From Eledone cirrhosa (taxonomy: Eukaryota): DNA of 64,000 nt. Location of the stretch: positions 72,478,001 to 72,542,000 of the forward strand of contig OZ024742.1 of NCBI GenBank assembly GCA_964016885.1. The letters run 5' to 3'. How positions within the stretch are numbered: position 1 is the first letter of the stretch; each line of letters opens with the position of its first letter. Under the pieces are notes generated by a model that did no database searches, was not told where the DNA came from, and saw only the letters and a program-made list of their open reading frames with translations. Below are positions 25,303 to 36,480 of the stretch, piece after piece. The position numbers were made by a program, and so were the translations under genes.

Positions 25303-26346
25303 ATGTTTATGCTTAGCTATATATCCTTGACATGTTTTCTATGATAGTCATTGTTAATTTTTAACTAGTCATGATACTCTTTTTTATAGTCTCATTGTTA
25401 GAAAATAAATAGTTGAATTATTTGAAATGAGTCAAGACAAACTTTACAATATAACAACGAAAATAGCAAAGAACAAGAGAGCTACTGCTGCTGTTGCTGC
25501 CACTGCTGTTCTTCTTAGAAACCCCCACCCTCCTAAATAGGATCAAACCAAACCGAAATTTTGCATTAAAGTAGTTGGCCAATAAACTACCTGCAATTTA
25601 CTTTACTTCCTCCTCCAACAATCTGACTTACAGTGGGTGTTGTTATTTAGATTCAGTTCTTAGCTCCTAGTGACTGCCCCTTCCTCACTCCCTTTCTTTT
25701 GTTGCTTGATCATTCTTTCTTTTTCTCCTTTTCATTTTTTTCTTCCTTTTCTGTTCCCTTTAATAGTGTGTTTTAATTTTGAGTATCTACCAAGTACCAA
25801 AGCTTGGTGACAGGGAAGTTATGCTCTGAGTTCAAATGCTGCCAAGAGCAACTTTTTGTTTCATTCTTCTGGGGTCAATAAATAAAGTCTAGTACAGGTA
25901 TCAATTCTTCTTCTCTCTTTCTCTTTCTCACTTTCTTTCTGGAAGAAATCAGCTCTGGTCAGGCCTATACAAGGTTTTAAATGCCCAAGACATATATCTT
26001 GATGGCACCTCTACTACTTCATTGGGAGTTAAGGGCCGAAGAATATTACATTATCCAGTGAGCTCTTGCTTTTTATGGATGTTATTTTGGGGCAGATTTG
26101 GCTAATATTTCTAGTAGATTGCATGACCACATAGGGGGTGAGGGTTTAATCCATATATGGGTGTGTTTGTGTCTATGTTTACATTTATTGTTTGAATAAG
26201 TACCAAATCTTGAAAAAAAAATGTACTGGGGTCAATATGATTGACTTCAAGTCAATCTCCAGCAAGGATGCAGCCCAGTCTAATGACTGAAACCAGTGAG
26301 AGAATCAACCATTTGTTTGTATCTTTGTATCTATCTCCATCTGTAG

Positions 26347-26587
26347 TGTGGTTAGAAAAAGCTATCTCACTTACCGCTTTTCACAGGCGCCGCTAAATTC
26401 CACTGCAGGTACTCCTCTTCCACGTGCGTCCGACTGCTTAACACCGGGAGCTGCCCAAAACGCGTCCTCACCGTATGCTGGTCACCACTAGAGAGAGGCC
26501 CTCTCCTGGCCCTTCCGGTCAAAGACCCCTTCCGGTCGAGCACCCCCCCCCCCGCCCCCGGCCACCGCACGCCACACCATACCCATA
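26347..26587 (-). repeat. 3' LTR (241 bp)
   Basis: Direct repeat of 30220-30510. Inner terminus reads CCCATA instead of CCCACA. A purine-rich GAGGGACGAGGGGGAAA tract lies just upstream on the minus strand. Confidence 0.93.
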
Positions 26588-26589
26588 TC

Positions 26590-29232
26590 TCAAGGATCAA
26601 TTTCCCCCTCGTCCCTCTGCGTATGAAAGTCTGCCGTCCAGGTCGGTGGTCTACAACTTCGTTGCGATCTTCGTAGTATTGGGGCAGGGCTCTGGGTTTC
26701 CACCTCATCTTGGGTTTCCTCTTCCTCGGAGTCCGTCGATACAGTGATTCTTCTTACATCCAGGACATGACGTGGTACCCCGTCCACGGACACATTGTTC
26801 TTTGAATTTACGGCCGTCACCGTTCCCCTTCCCCATTGAGATGTGCACCGTGCATCTGGGGGCTTAACCCAGACTTCTTCGCCCACCTGCACGAATGCAC
26901 TCTCTCTCCCCACTGGCCGTTGTGGTAGCGTGCACGGGTGCCGCCACTCGTATTTAAATACTGCTCTGTGTGGCACCGATTCCTCGACCTGTCCAACCCG
27001 AGGCGACATATTGTACCAGAACACTGCCTCCATTGGTGAGATATGGCCCCGCTCCGCCATTGCCTTGATCGTCCGGTGGTGTCGCTCTACGATTCCATTC
27101 CCGCTCGGCCTGTGTGCCGCTCTGAAGAAACGGTCCACCTTCCATCCCTCGAGCATCCCCCTCAGTGCCTCCGAGCGGAACGCTGCGCTGTTGTCCATCA
27201 CAGGGCCCCGCTCCAAGAACACCTCTCTCAACGTCCGCCCGATTTCCTCGGCCGTTCTAGTCTTCATCTCCCTCCATATCGCCACTCGACCTGGTCCACA
27301 GTCGACCATCGAGAGGTACGTTCCCTGCCGGTAGTGCGTCACATCCACCGCTAATCGCTTCCAGTCGCGATCCACCGGGAGGCTTCCCGTTTCGTGTACA
27401 CCCGGGGCGGGATCAATGGACTGACATCGGACGCAGCCTCTAACGACCCCCCGAACACTGTGTCTGCTAACGTCCGAGTCGATTCTCCTGGCTAGGAACA
27501 GGCTCCTATCCACCCCCATGTGGTGCATGTCATGCAACCCCTTCAGGTCTAACTCGGTCAGCCGACACACGGCAGCTATCTCATCCTCTACCTCCTCCGG
27601 CGCTTCCATCCAGGCTTTCTTCACTCTAGATAAGATGTCCGCCCTATTTTTCTCTGAAGGCACGAACACTACGCTCAGCTTCAGGTCGAACTCGGTGGCC
27701 AGCTCTCCTAACGTTCCCAGGCGGCGCTTTATCAGCATCTCCGCCGCGCCTCTCGTTCGCACTCTCTTCTCACTGGTGAGCACTGATCTTACCCATCCGA
27801 GTACGGTAGCCGAGTCGGTGCGTATCTCCATGGTGCGCTGCCCCCACCGCAGGGCGAGGTTCACCCTTCTCAACACCGCGTCCAGCTCGGCCACATTGAT
27901 GTGGCTGCAGTCGTCCTTCTTTCTAAGCCAGGCTGCATCCTCGACCTCAACACCTCCTATCTCCAACGTGACACCCAGCGCTATGCTGCTGGCATCGCAC
28001 CATACGGTCCCGCTCCGTGATTTGGGAACGTACCAGCGTCCCCGCAATGGGTCGTCGGCCTTCACCCTCCCCACGATCTCCTGCATCATGGCCACCGTTC
28101 TCTCTCCCACTCTGTCACTCCAAGTCAGCCCTCCCGCTCGTCTCTTGACATAGCTGCATGCCGTCCGGAGCCACCCAGCGATCGGGTAGTGACCCACCAG
28201 CTTTCTACACACCGATAAAAGCTCCCGCCTATTCATACTTGGGCCCAGTTCCGGAACTTCGTTTCCCCTCTGGAACACCAAAACGCCCGTCTTATCTCGC
28301 CGTAGCCTAAGTCCCAGCGCGGCTCCTCCCTCCAATGCTTCTGATGGCTTCGCAGTCAGTCCATACCTCCGCAAATGGCTCGTGACCTCCGCCGTCGACA
28401 CCACCGACTCGTCCACTAGGATGTCGTCAATGTAGGAGTTAGTAGCCCTCTTTATCTTGTCGGCCCTCCCCAGAGCGGTCTTGAGGACCGCCGCCATGAT
28501 CTTCGGTGCGGAGCTCAGCCCGAAACCGAGCCTGGTCAGGCAATATGTCCGGCCCTTATACCTGACCAGCTGATACCGCCAGAGCTTCTCATCTATATGC
28601 AACTGCAAGTAAGCCGACTTTAGATCCACGATCGCTGAACCTCCCGTCATGCGTCTCCACTCACGCAGGGTTTCCCCACAGACATCCGTGACCTCGCCAC
28701 CCGTGTGGCATGACACGTGCTCGTTCAGCTCTCGATAGTCCAGCACCGGCCTCACCTTGCTCTTCGTGGGTTGCACCACCGCCATCAACGGCAATACTCC
28801 GCATTTCACCTCCTCCTTCCAGGGAAGCAGTTTGCCCTCTTCGATCCATCTCTCTACTTCTCGCTCGAACTCGCCCCTAGCGTTTCCCTTCAATGTGTGT
28901 TGATAGCAGCCCACTTTGGTCTTCAGTGTTTGTGGTTCTCCCTTCCAGTACCACTCAACAACCCATCGCTGCCCATCAAACACGGCCTTGAAGTCCTTGT
29001 CCTGTACAGTGTAAGCGGGGTATTGCTCCTCGTGGGCCTTCTGGTTCTCATGACGTGCACTCACAGCGCATACCGATGCAGCGGCGCCAAACGACACACC
29101 GACATTGTTCACCGTGACACCCCCTAGACGGCCAATCGCGTCCATGCCCATAACCACGCCGATCCCATCCACCACACTGTCTACCACGATGGCGGAAAGC
29201 CTTATCGTCCTTTCCCGTACCGCTATTTCCAT
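26590..29232 (-). CDS. Pol remainder: protease C-terminus, RT, RNase H, integrase (880-aa open frame)
   Basis: VVMGMD; KVRPVLDYRELN, DLKSAYLQ, RLGFGLSSAP, YIDDIL (RT); WCDASS, HINVAEL, TDS, NRADILSR (RNase H); HDMHH..CVRC, VDVTHY, MDN, GNGIVERHHRTIK (integrase). Confidence 0.93.
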   Translation of the reverse strand: MEIAVRERTIRLSAIVVDSVVDGIGVVMGMDAIGRLGGVTVNNVGVSFGAAASVCAVSARHENQKAHEEQYPAYTVQDKDFKAVFDGQRWVVEWYWKGEPQTLKTKVGCYQHTLKGNARGEFEREVERWIEEGKLLPWKEEVKCGVLPLMAVVQPTKSKVRPVLDYRELNEHVSCHTGGEVTDVCGETLREWRRMTGGSAIVDLKSAYLQLHIDEKLWRYQLVRYKGRTYCLTRLGFGLSSAPKIMAAVLKTALGRADKIKRATNSYIDDILVDESVVSTAEVTSHLRRYGLTAKPSEALEGGAALGLRLRRDKTGVLVFQRGNEVPELGPSMNRRELLSVCRKLVGHYPIAGWLRTACSYVKRRAGGLTWSDRVGERTVAMMQEIVGRVKADDPLRGRWYVPKSRSGTVWCDASSIALGVTLEIGGVEVEDAAWLRKKDDCSHINVAELDAVLRRVNLALRWGQRTMEIRTDSATVLGWVRSVLTSEKRVRTRGAAEMLIKRRLGTLGELATEFDLKLSVVFVPSEKNRADILSRVKKAWMEAPEEVEDEIAAVCRLTELDLKGLHDMHHMGVDRSLFLARRIDSDVSRHSVRGVVRGCVRCQSIDPAPGVHETGSLPVDRDWKRLAVDVTHYRQGTYLSMVDCGPGRVAIWREMKTRTAEEIGRTLREVFLERGPVMDNSAAFRSEALRGMLEGWKVDRFFRAAHRPSGNGIVERHHRTIKAMAERGHISPMEAVFWYNMSPRVGQVEESVPHRAVFKYEWRHPCTLPQRPVGRESAFVQVGEEVWVKPPDARCTSQWGRGTVTAVNSKNNVSVDGVPRHVLDVRRITVSTDSEEEETQDEVETQSPAPILRRSQRSCRPPTWTADFHTQRDEGEIDP

Positions 29233-29234
29233 CT

Positions 29235-29441
29235 CTATTCAATTTTCCTGCCGTCGACTGCCCTTACGCTGCTCTTCCCTCCCCACCTCTGCGCCACCCC
29301 CGCGGTCACCAGTGTCGTCGTACAGCCCGTATCCACGAGGGCTCGCTGTGGCTTCCCCCTCACGAAGACTTCCACCACGGGCAGCGCCGCTACTCGTAAG
29401 GGGCAACTACCGGCGCAGTAGTTCCCCTTGGACCGTTTCCC
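29235..29441 (-). pseudogene. Aspartic protease N-terminal part in the -1 frame relative to gag
   Basis: After the G GGA AAC slippery site the -1 frame reads ...LPVVEVFVRGKPQRALVDTGCTTTLV...VRAVDGRKIE*, with stop at 29235-29237 and a frame break into the pol ORF. Confidence 0.85.
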
Positions 29442-30148
29442 TGGTCGCAGTTAGTAGCGATGTGGCCTGGTCGCTTACACCGGTAGCAGATTATATCCGG
29501 CTTCGACTCTCTACAGTCTCTAGCCATATGCGGGCCATGACACCTAAAACAGCGGCCCTTAAATTCTCGCGAACGGCCGCGTGCCGAGGTTGCCTCCCTT
29601 TGACCATTTCGCTGCCAGGTGTCCTGAGCCTCCGTAGTCGCTATCGCCGCGACACTCTTTTTGGCATCTTCCGCTATGATCCGGGCTTGTTCCACCAGTG
29701 AACGCATTTCCATCTCCTTGTACCCCGGGACTTGCTGCAGTTTCACCGCTATGTCGTCCGGAAATCCATTGATGAATGCCAACCGCACCGTGCGTTCGCA
29801 TTCCGCCTGGTAACCGGCCAACATAGCCAACCGCCTTATTTCCGCTGCGAAAATGTCGACGCGCTCACCATTCCACCTGATTCTCGCCAGCTTAGCAAAA
29901 GCCGCCAACGGTCCCTCGGCGAATGCATCCATCAGACGCCTCTCAATCTTCTGCACATCTCTTTGGCTGTGCTCGTCCAACTCAAGGAAGAGTACCAACG
30001 CGTCGCCCTCGAGGTACAATGCAATGAGACCGGCCACGTCTTCTATCTTCTGCAAGCCCGCGACCAGCCGAACCTTCCGCAGCCAAGCGACATCACCTTC
30101 CCCGGTAAATGGCCTGATAGCTTCGTTCATCCGTAGTCTTGTCGCCAT
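29390..30148 (-). CDS. Gag (252 aa) with two zinc knuckles
   Basis: Intact ORF containing CFRCHGPHMARDC and CYRCKRPGHIATNC. Confidence 0.9.
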   Translation of the reverse strand: MATRLRMNEAIRPFTGEGDVAWLRKVRLVAGLQKIEDVAGLIALYLEGDALVLFLELDEHSQRDVQKIERRLMDAFAEGPLAAFAKLARIRWNGERVDIFAAEIRRLAMLAGYQAECERTVRLAFINGFPDDIAVKLQQVPGYKEMEMRSLVEQARIIAEDAKKSVAAIATTEAQDTWQRNGQREATSARGRSREFKGRCFRCHGPHMARDCRESKPDIICYRCKRPGHIATNCDQGNGPRGTTAPVVAPYE

Positions 30149-30207
30149 CTTCTGATTTGTTTTGCGGCAAGTGTTTTCTTTTTTTTTTTTTTTTTTTTTT
30201 TTCAGTC

Positions 30208-30219
30208 GCCGAAATAGCT
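30208..30219 (-). promoter_or_regulatory. Putative primer-binding site AGCTATTTCGGC
   Basis: Abuts the 5' LTR. The plus strand reads GCCGAAATAGCT, identical to nt 1-12 of metazoan tRNA-Phe(GAA) as recalled; there is no TGG-type PBS. Confidence 0.65.
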
Positions 30220-30510
30220 TGTGGTTAGAAAAAGCTATCTCACTTACCGCTTTTCACAGGCGCTGCTAAATTCCACTGCAGGTACTCCTCTTCCACGTGC
30301 GTTCGACTCCTTAACACCGGGAGCTGCCCAAAACGCGTCCTCACCGTATGCTGGTCACCACTAGAGAGAGGCCCTCTCCTGGCCCTTCCGGTCGAGCATC
30401 CTTCCGGTCAAAGACCCCTTCCGGTCGAGCACTCAAAAACCCCTTCCGGTCGAGCCCCCCCCCCCCCCCCCCCCCCTCCCCCGGCCATCGCACGCCACAC
30501 CATACCCACA
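30220..30510 (-). repeat. 5' LTR (291 bp)
   Basis: Direct repeat of 26347-26587 with two extra CTTCCGGTC-containing units and a longer C run. Confidence 0.93.
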
Positions 30511-30699
30511 TGTAGTTCTTTAAAATTTACACATACAAACATACAATCATATGCATACAATGCATTTCTTATCTCAGTCATGTTGCTACACTAAGAAGTT
30601 CATTTTCCAGTCACAAGTGCCTGGCTTCTAACTCTACATTTTTACCTGTAAATAGTTATTTCTCCAAAGCTACTCATACATGTAATCCTTTATATCATC

Positions 30700-31050
30700 T
30701 CATTATCATCATTGTTTAACGTTTATTTTCCATACTTGCATGGGTTAGATGGCTGTCGCATGCAGTGGCTGGACAAGTGAGTTGTCTAGGTCCTCCTGCT
30801 CATACGCTTTATTTTGGCTTGGTTTCTATGGCTGGATGCCCTTCCTAACACCAATCTCTTTACAGCATGTAATGGGAGCATAGTTTCTACTGCTGGATGC
30901 TTTTCCTAATGCCAACCCCTTTACAGAGTCTACTGAGAGAATTTTATCATGACTCCTACACTATCACCTTGCAGGATGGACTGGGTGCTTTTTGTCATGG
31001 TTCAAGTTCTACCACCTTGAGGGTGGACTGTACTTTTGTAGTGGCACCAG
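30700..31050 (-). mobile_element. SINE family B copy
   Basis: TTTAACGTTTATTTTCCATACTTGCATGGGTTAGA tail and a duplicated GCTGGATGCCCTTCCTAAC domain. Confidence 0.7.
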
Positions 31051-32089
31051 CACTATTTCATTTCAGCACTTCAGTGCTCAGTGTACATGGTCATGCCAGT
31101 GGGGGAGTGAAATTGGGGTACTAGCATTTTGTTGCTGGATGGGGGAGTGTTCATGTTTGTGCTCAACTTTCCTTGGTAGCTGAAAAGGGGCCATTTATAT
31201 ACTGCTTGGAGCATGTGGTTGGATGAGTGGTATCTGTAATTTTGTGGGCGTGCCAGTTTTTCCTGGATTGGGAGAGTGTTAGGGGTGCAAGATTCAGCAA
31301 GGAAGGTGAATCAGGCAATTACCACGCTAGCATGAGTTGGGCAAAGAAATCAGGAGTATATTGGCAAGTGAAGACCTGAGAGTTGTTCCATCTCTCTTCT
31401 TCTTCAGGTTTAAGGTGAAGGGATCAGGAGTATTCTGGCATTTGGGAGATGGGACTTGAGTGTTGTAATACCTCTCTGCTTCAGGTATAGGGTGGAGTTA
31501 GGTAGGTGGGTTGACGATCCTGTTTTTGCTACATTCACTCAACTTGCATAGAAAGGCAAGTTCCTCATCATTTTTACATTTATGTAATTATATACTAAAA
31601 ATAAATTATTAGAATATCATTTTTATCTTTAATCACTTCTACATGTCAGCAATCAATATAAACTATAGGGTTTCTCTTATGCAAACCATAAACTTATCAA
31701 ATGTATGATTGTCCATACCATTAATCCTGGTACATATGACATAGCAATCTTGGATACCAAAAATTGAATACCCCCAATGTTATTGCCATCATTATTGGTA
31801 GCACTGGTCTACAACCAAAAGAATGAAAGAATTTAATTGTTTATAGGAATTCTTTTAATAGATTTTTGTGGAGAAACCAGCTTCAAAATACAACTCAATA
31901 TGGTGTAACCCATGCTAGCGTGGAAGATAGACGTTAAACGATGATGATGATGATGATGATTTATGTAAAAAGTCCTTCATTGTTTAACAACCCTCCATAT
32001 TCATTGTGATCTTTCTTGTTAAGGTTTTGTTAGCAGCCTTTTCACACAAGCTTTTTCGTTTGTTTCTCTTTCTTGTGTTACATTTCTTT

Positions 32090-32250
32090 GTTCTTGGTGG
32101 TGTTAATGGTGTTGTTGTTGTTGTTGTTGTTATTGTTGGTGGTGGTGTTGCTGTTGTTGTTGGTGGTATTGGTGATGGCGTTGGTGTTAGTGATGGTGTT
32201 GCTGTTGCTGGTGTTGGTGATGGTGTTGCTGTTGTTGGTGGTGGTACTTT
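32090..32250. repeat. (GTT/GGT)n low-complexity tract
   Basis: Directly visible trinucleotide tract. Confidence 0.85.
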
Positions 32251-32579
32251 GCACAAAGGCATCATACAGTTGTCCTTTTGTATGTAAGGAGAAACCTTTG
32301 TTGTTAACAGTGGGAGTAGCCCTCTAAACATTTTCTGTCCTATCCTTATTCTAGCTATTATGCTCTCAGAGCACCCTCATACATATTTTCTACACTATTT
32401 CTACAAGGCAAATGTTGCTGATTGATATTATTTCATCCTCTATCATATGGTCTTCCTTAACATTTCAATACAATTTTGTCCAAACTTCAATGAGACATGT
32501 ATGTTTAACTTTTCATACATCTTTAATATTTTTTATAGCTTTCATAATGTAACAATATTTCAAGAGATCTTTGACAAAT

Positions 32580-33240
32580 AGATGTTTATTATTTATTATC
32601 TGTTACTGTAATCAACTGACTTAAAATTCTTCCAAGACATTATGCCATGAAGACAAAAATAACACTCTGCTCTATAGGTTGTAGCAGGGAAGTTGCATTT
32701 GGTAGAATGTAGACAATTTTGTTAGACACACATGTTTGGAGAGATTTCCCAAAAATCTGAAGTCTCTTGGACCCTGAATTATTTTTCTCATAGTCATATT
32801 TAGCTTCCATATAACAGACAGATTTAGACACATCTTTCATAGCTCTTGGAATATCAGAATCTCCAGTGATATTTACGCCTGACAAAAATGGGAGATAATC
32901 TTTTATTTCTTCATACATTGTTGCCTTTTTTTCCTCTTTTGAGATATAAGTTTTAGAGGGTAAACACTTTTAATCTTCTGCCTGCTGAATTTTTTTAATG
33001 AATTGCTTCTCTTGGCACTGCATTATATATTAAGGGGAGATTGCTCTATTGTCACAATTTGTCGTGTGACAGCCCACATCCATCCACATTAAAAACTAGA
33101 TTTGGTGTATATTTCCTTTTTTTTTAATATAAAGCCCTTCAAGTGTGCTGCAAATTCTAATATTGCCTGGATGTTAGTCCTTGCTACTTCCCCTGATATC
33201 TAAATGCTAGTGAGATTTGATCGTTTCTTTAAACTTTTGT
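32580..33240 (-). pseudogene. pogo/Tigger-like transposase remnant
   Basis: FKKRSNLTSI*ISGEVAR, LVFNVD and YILPNATSLLQPIEQSVI resemble the pogo VFNxDE and LPPNTTSxLQPMDQGVI motifs. Confidence 0.7.
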
Positions 33241-33837
33241 GGGGTTAAAGTTGGCATCACATGAGCAGAAAGGCAATAGCAGAGGGTCTCACCAGAAATA
33301 TGGTGAACAGTGACATCATGTGAGCAAAATGTGGTTAGTACCAGGCCTCTTTAGTAGCTGGTTGTAGATGGCATGTAGATGGGTCTTAATGGACTCTAGG
33401 TAGACCCAAGAATCTCTGATTAGAGTCTAAATAAGAGTGATGTTTAGGGTAAGGCTGACAAGGTAAGCAAATTTTAGTTTCCCATTTCACACTTTTTAAA
33501 CCATTCACAAGAAGCAACAAATGGTTGAGTGATTCTTCAATTTCAATCTTGTTTCAATTGATTAAATTATTTTAACTCTTTTCATACCAACACACCTTGG
33601 TTCTCTGATAAAAAAAAAAAAATGCTCATTTTAAAGTGTTCTTCTTTATATTAAAACATTGCAACATAATTTCAAGTAATAATTTTTTGTTAAACATCAA
33701 CTTCATCATGAAAAGTTTATTATTTTACTAAATTGCTCCAATTCTTTGATTAATTTCAAAATTAATTGAAACTCATAGAGTGTCTTTCATTAAAAATATG
33801 GTAACAAAAGAATTAATGCATTTTGCTGAATTATCGC

Positions 33838-34055
33838 TTAACCCTTTAGCATTTAAATCGGCTGTATCTGGCCAGAATTATCTCACCTCTTTCTGTTCAA
33901 ACTGGCCAGAACTGGCCACTCACTGATGTTAAGGTATTGTTCTCAAAATAAATAGCATCAAAATCTTGTAGATTTTATATTATGTGAGATAATTATGTAA
34001 GATAAAGCCTTTACCACAAAAATACAATAATATATATAATGTAAATGCTAAAGGG
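33838..34055 (-). mobile_element. piggyBac-type MITE family copy
   Basis: TTAACCCTTTAGCATTTA ... TAAATGCTAAAGGGT TIRs; body is the reverse complement of 14735-14939. Confidence 0.75.
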
Positions 34056-34404
34056 TGTTATGTGCTGTTGTGATGTATCCACCACCCAAACACTTAATAT
34101 TTTCTCCTTATTTTCCATAAATTTACTGCTTAAGCATGTTGGTTTAGAAGTGTTGCTCTTGCTTGAGTTGTGCACAACTATGTATCAACATCAACAAAAG
34201 TAGATATATTGAAATTGGTTTATAAAAAAACATAAAAATTTAGTTGTGACCATCTTATCTTTTCTTCAGAACCTCATTATCCAAAATGTCGTTCCCACAC
34301 CACAGGGGGCAATTTACTAGTATTTTTTATCAGTTTGAGCACAGTGGATTTGCTCCCTCTTTTGTTTGTTTGTCAGCCCTGGTATAATGTAATGTAAATG
34401 ATAT

Positions 34405-34617
34405 TTGTTTCTGATTTAGGCACACGACCAGCAATTTTGGGGTGGGGGAAAGTTGATTAAATCGATCCCAGTGCATGACTGGTACTTTATTTTCTCGACC
34501 CTGTAAGGATGAAAGGCAAAGCTAACCTTGGCGAGGTTTGAACTCAGAATGAAAAGGGCCGTTACTCTATGTCACAAAGCAGGTTGTCCGACACTCTACT
34601 GACATTGCCAATCCACC
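34405..34617 (-). mobile_element. SINE family A copy (long form)
   Basis: GGTACTTTATTTTCTCGACCCTGTAAGGATGAAAGGCAAAG...TTTGAACTCAGA...GCCAATCCACC. Confidence 0.8.
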
Positions 34618-35040
34618 TAATGATAACATACCCCCATCAATACAAACACCACTTCAATGGTAGTAGCAAAACTAATAAGACCATAACCATTTCCACCATC
34701 ACCACCAGTACTACTGCCAACACCACAACCCCACCACTACCTCTAGTACATTCCTCACCACTCCCACTACCACTCTACCCCACTACCATCCATATTCTCA
34801 CACCCCCACTCTTACAACTACCACTACCATCAGCACCACTTGTCTAACAACCTACCCCTCAGGTCTATTCATATTCACCTCGCCTGGCTGCTTATGAGAA
34901 TTTCTTAACACAAGTTTCTCTCCATAAATAGAAGAAACAACAACAGTTACAACAACAATTACAACAAATATAACAAGCATAAACACACACCTAGATAACC
35001 AGACAAACATATATACATATTAGATAGGCATAGATAGATA

Positions 35041-35972
35041 TAATAATAATAATAATAATGAAATTATTGTGTAAAGTGCTCAGGTGCACCACAACTCGTC
35101 AATATAGTACATAGAATAATACACAAATGTCAGGGAAGTACATGTTTGTATGTGTTAGCTGTAGTGTTGGCGGATCTCGGGAAGCATGGAGGCCTTAAAG
35201 GATGCAGTGTCTCGACAGCTAACAACTGATGCAGGTAGTTTGTTCCATGCTTCAGCAACTCTGAGCGTGAAAAAATGTTTCTGAAAGTCATGGGAACTGT
35301 GCTGTTTTCTTACTTTGTGGGCATGCCCACGTGTGTTAGACACATGGAAATCGAAAAGGCACTCAGGGTTGTTGTTGGCAACATGGTTAACAATTTTGTG
35401 GGTGTCTACCAAGTCAGTTGCCAGGCGTCGGAGCTTCAATGAATCCATGCCCAGGGAAGCAAGGCGCTCAGAGTATGGTAGATGCCTGATGGAGGGTATT
35501 CGCTTGGTTGCACGTCTCTGAACAGTTTCCAGGCGGTCAATGTCCTGAGCAAGATAGGGGTTCCAGACTGGTGATGCAAATTCTAAGTGTGGTCGCACCA
35601 TAGCTGTATACAGCCTTAAATAGATATCTGGAGAGCGGCTGACAAAGGTCTTGCTGAGTGATGCTAAGACACCCTCGGCCCTCTTGACAATTTTAGAGAT
35701 GTGCCTCGTCCAACGCAAATCGCTGCTGACCGTAATGCCCAGGTCACGTTCACAGGAAGACTTCTTGATATTAGTGCTGTGGAGGGAGTATGTGGACGCT
35801 GGGTTTTTACTCCCAAAATGCATGGTGGTGCACTTGTCCACAGCTAGCTTGAGTTGCCAGTCTGAGATCCACTGTTGCATTGTGTCCAGGTCAGACTGCA
35901 AGCAAGATCTATAGTGTTCAGGATCTGTCCTTTTTATCTCAAGGTACAGCTTGATGTCGTCTGCGTACTTTA
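35041..35972 (-). mobile_element. 5'-truncated CR1/L2-group LINE with (ATT)n tail
   Basis: ORF 35155-35976 reads KYADDIK...ERDLG...VRPHLEFASPVWNP...AWNKLP. Near-identical inverted copy of 39494-40423. Confidence 0.92.
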
Positions 35973-35974
35973 AC

Positions 35975-36480
35975 ATTCATATATACATACATACATGCAT
36001 ACATACATATTACATATGCATAGATAGATAACAAAAATACATACATACATACATGTAAACATACATACATATATACATACAAACAAACATCCACACATAC
36101 ATACATGCAAACAAACATACATACATACATACATACATACATACATACATACATGGTGGCTGCCAACTCGTTTTCGAGTACGGCCACTACTTTATATCCA
36201 TACATACATACATACATACATACATATGTACATACATACATACATACATATGTACATACATGCAAACAAACATACACACATACATACACACATACATACA
36301 TACACACATATACACATACACATACACATACACACATACATACATACACACACATAATACATACTTACATACACACATACATACATATATACATACATAC
36401 ACACATACATACATACATATACACATACACATATACATACATACATACACATGCATGCATACTTACACACACACACACAC
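35975..36480. repeat. (CATA)n/(CA)n microsatellite containing a duplicated ~50-bp unit
   Basis: ATGGTGGCTGCCAACTCGTTTTCGAGTACGGCCACTACTTTATATCCAT occurs at 36153 and again at 36481. Confidence 0.9.

Larger units (their letters stand above)
26347..30510 (-). mobile_element. Compact LTR retrotransposon (Gypsy-like order PR-RT-RH-IN), 4164 bp, 5-bp TSD
   Basis: TSD TGTAG at 26342-26346 and 30511-30515; termini TGTGG...CCACA; two LTRs; gag and pol on the minus strand. Confidence 0.96.

Noticed and set aside
26475-30155. Long plus-strand ORFs inside the LTR element, and those at 17947-23297 inside the LINE
   Set aside because: Antisense shadows of GC-rich coding or low-complexity sequence with no motifs.
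31984-32331. Pro/Thr-rich 115-aa ORF
   Set aside because: Driven by a trinucleotide low-complexity tract; no splice or homology support.
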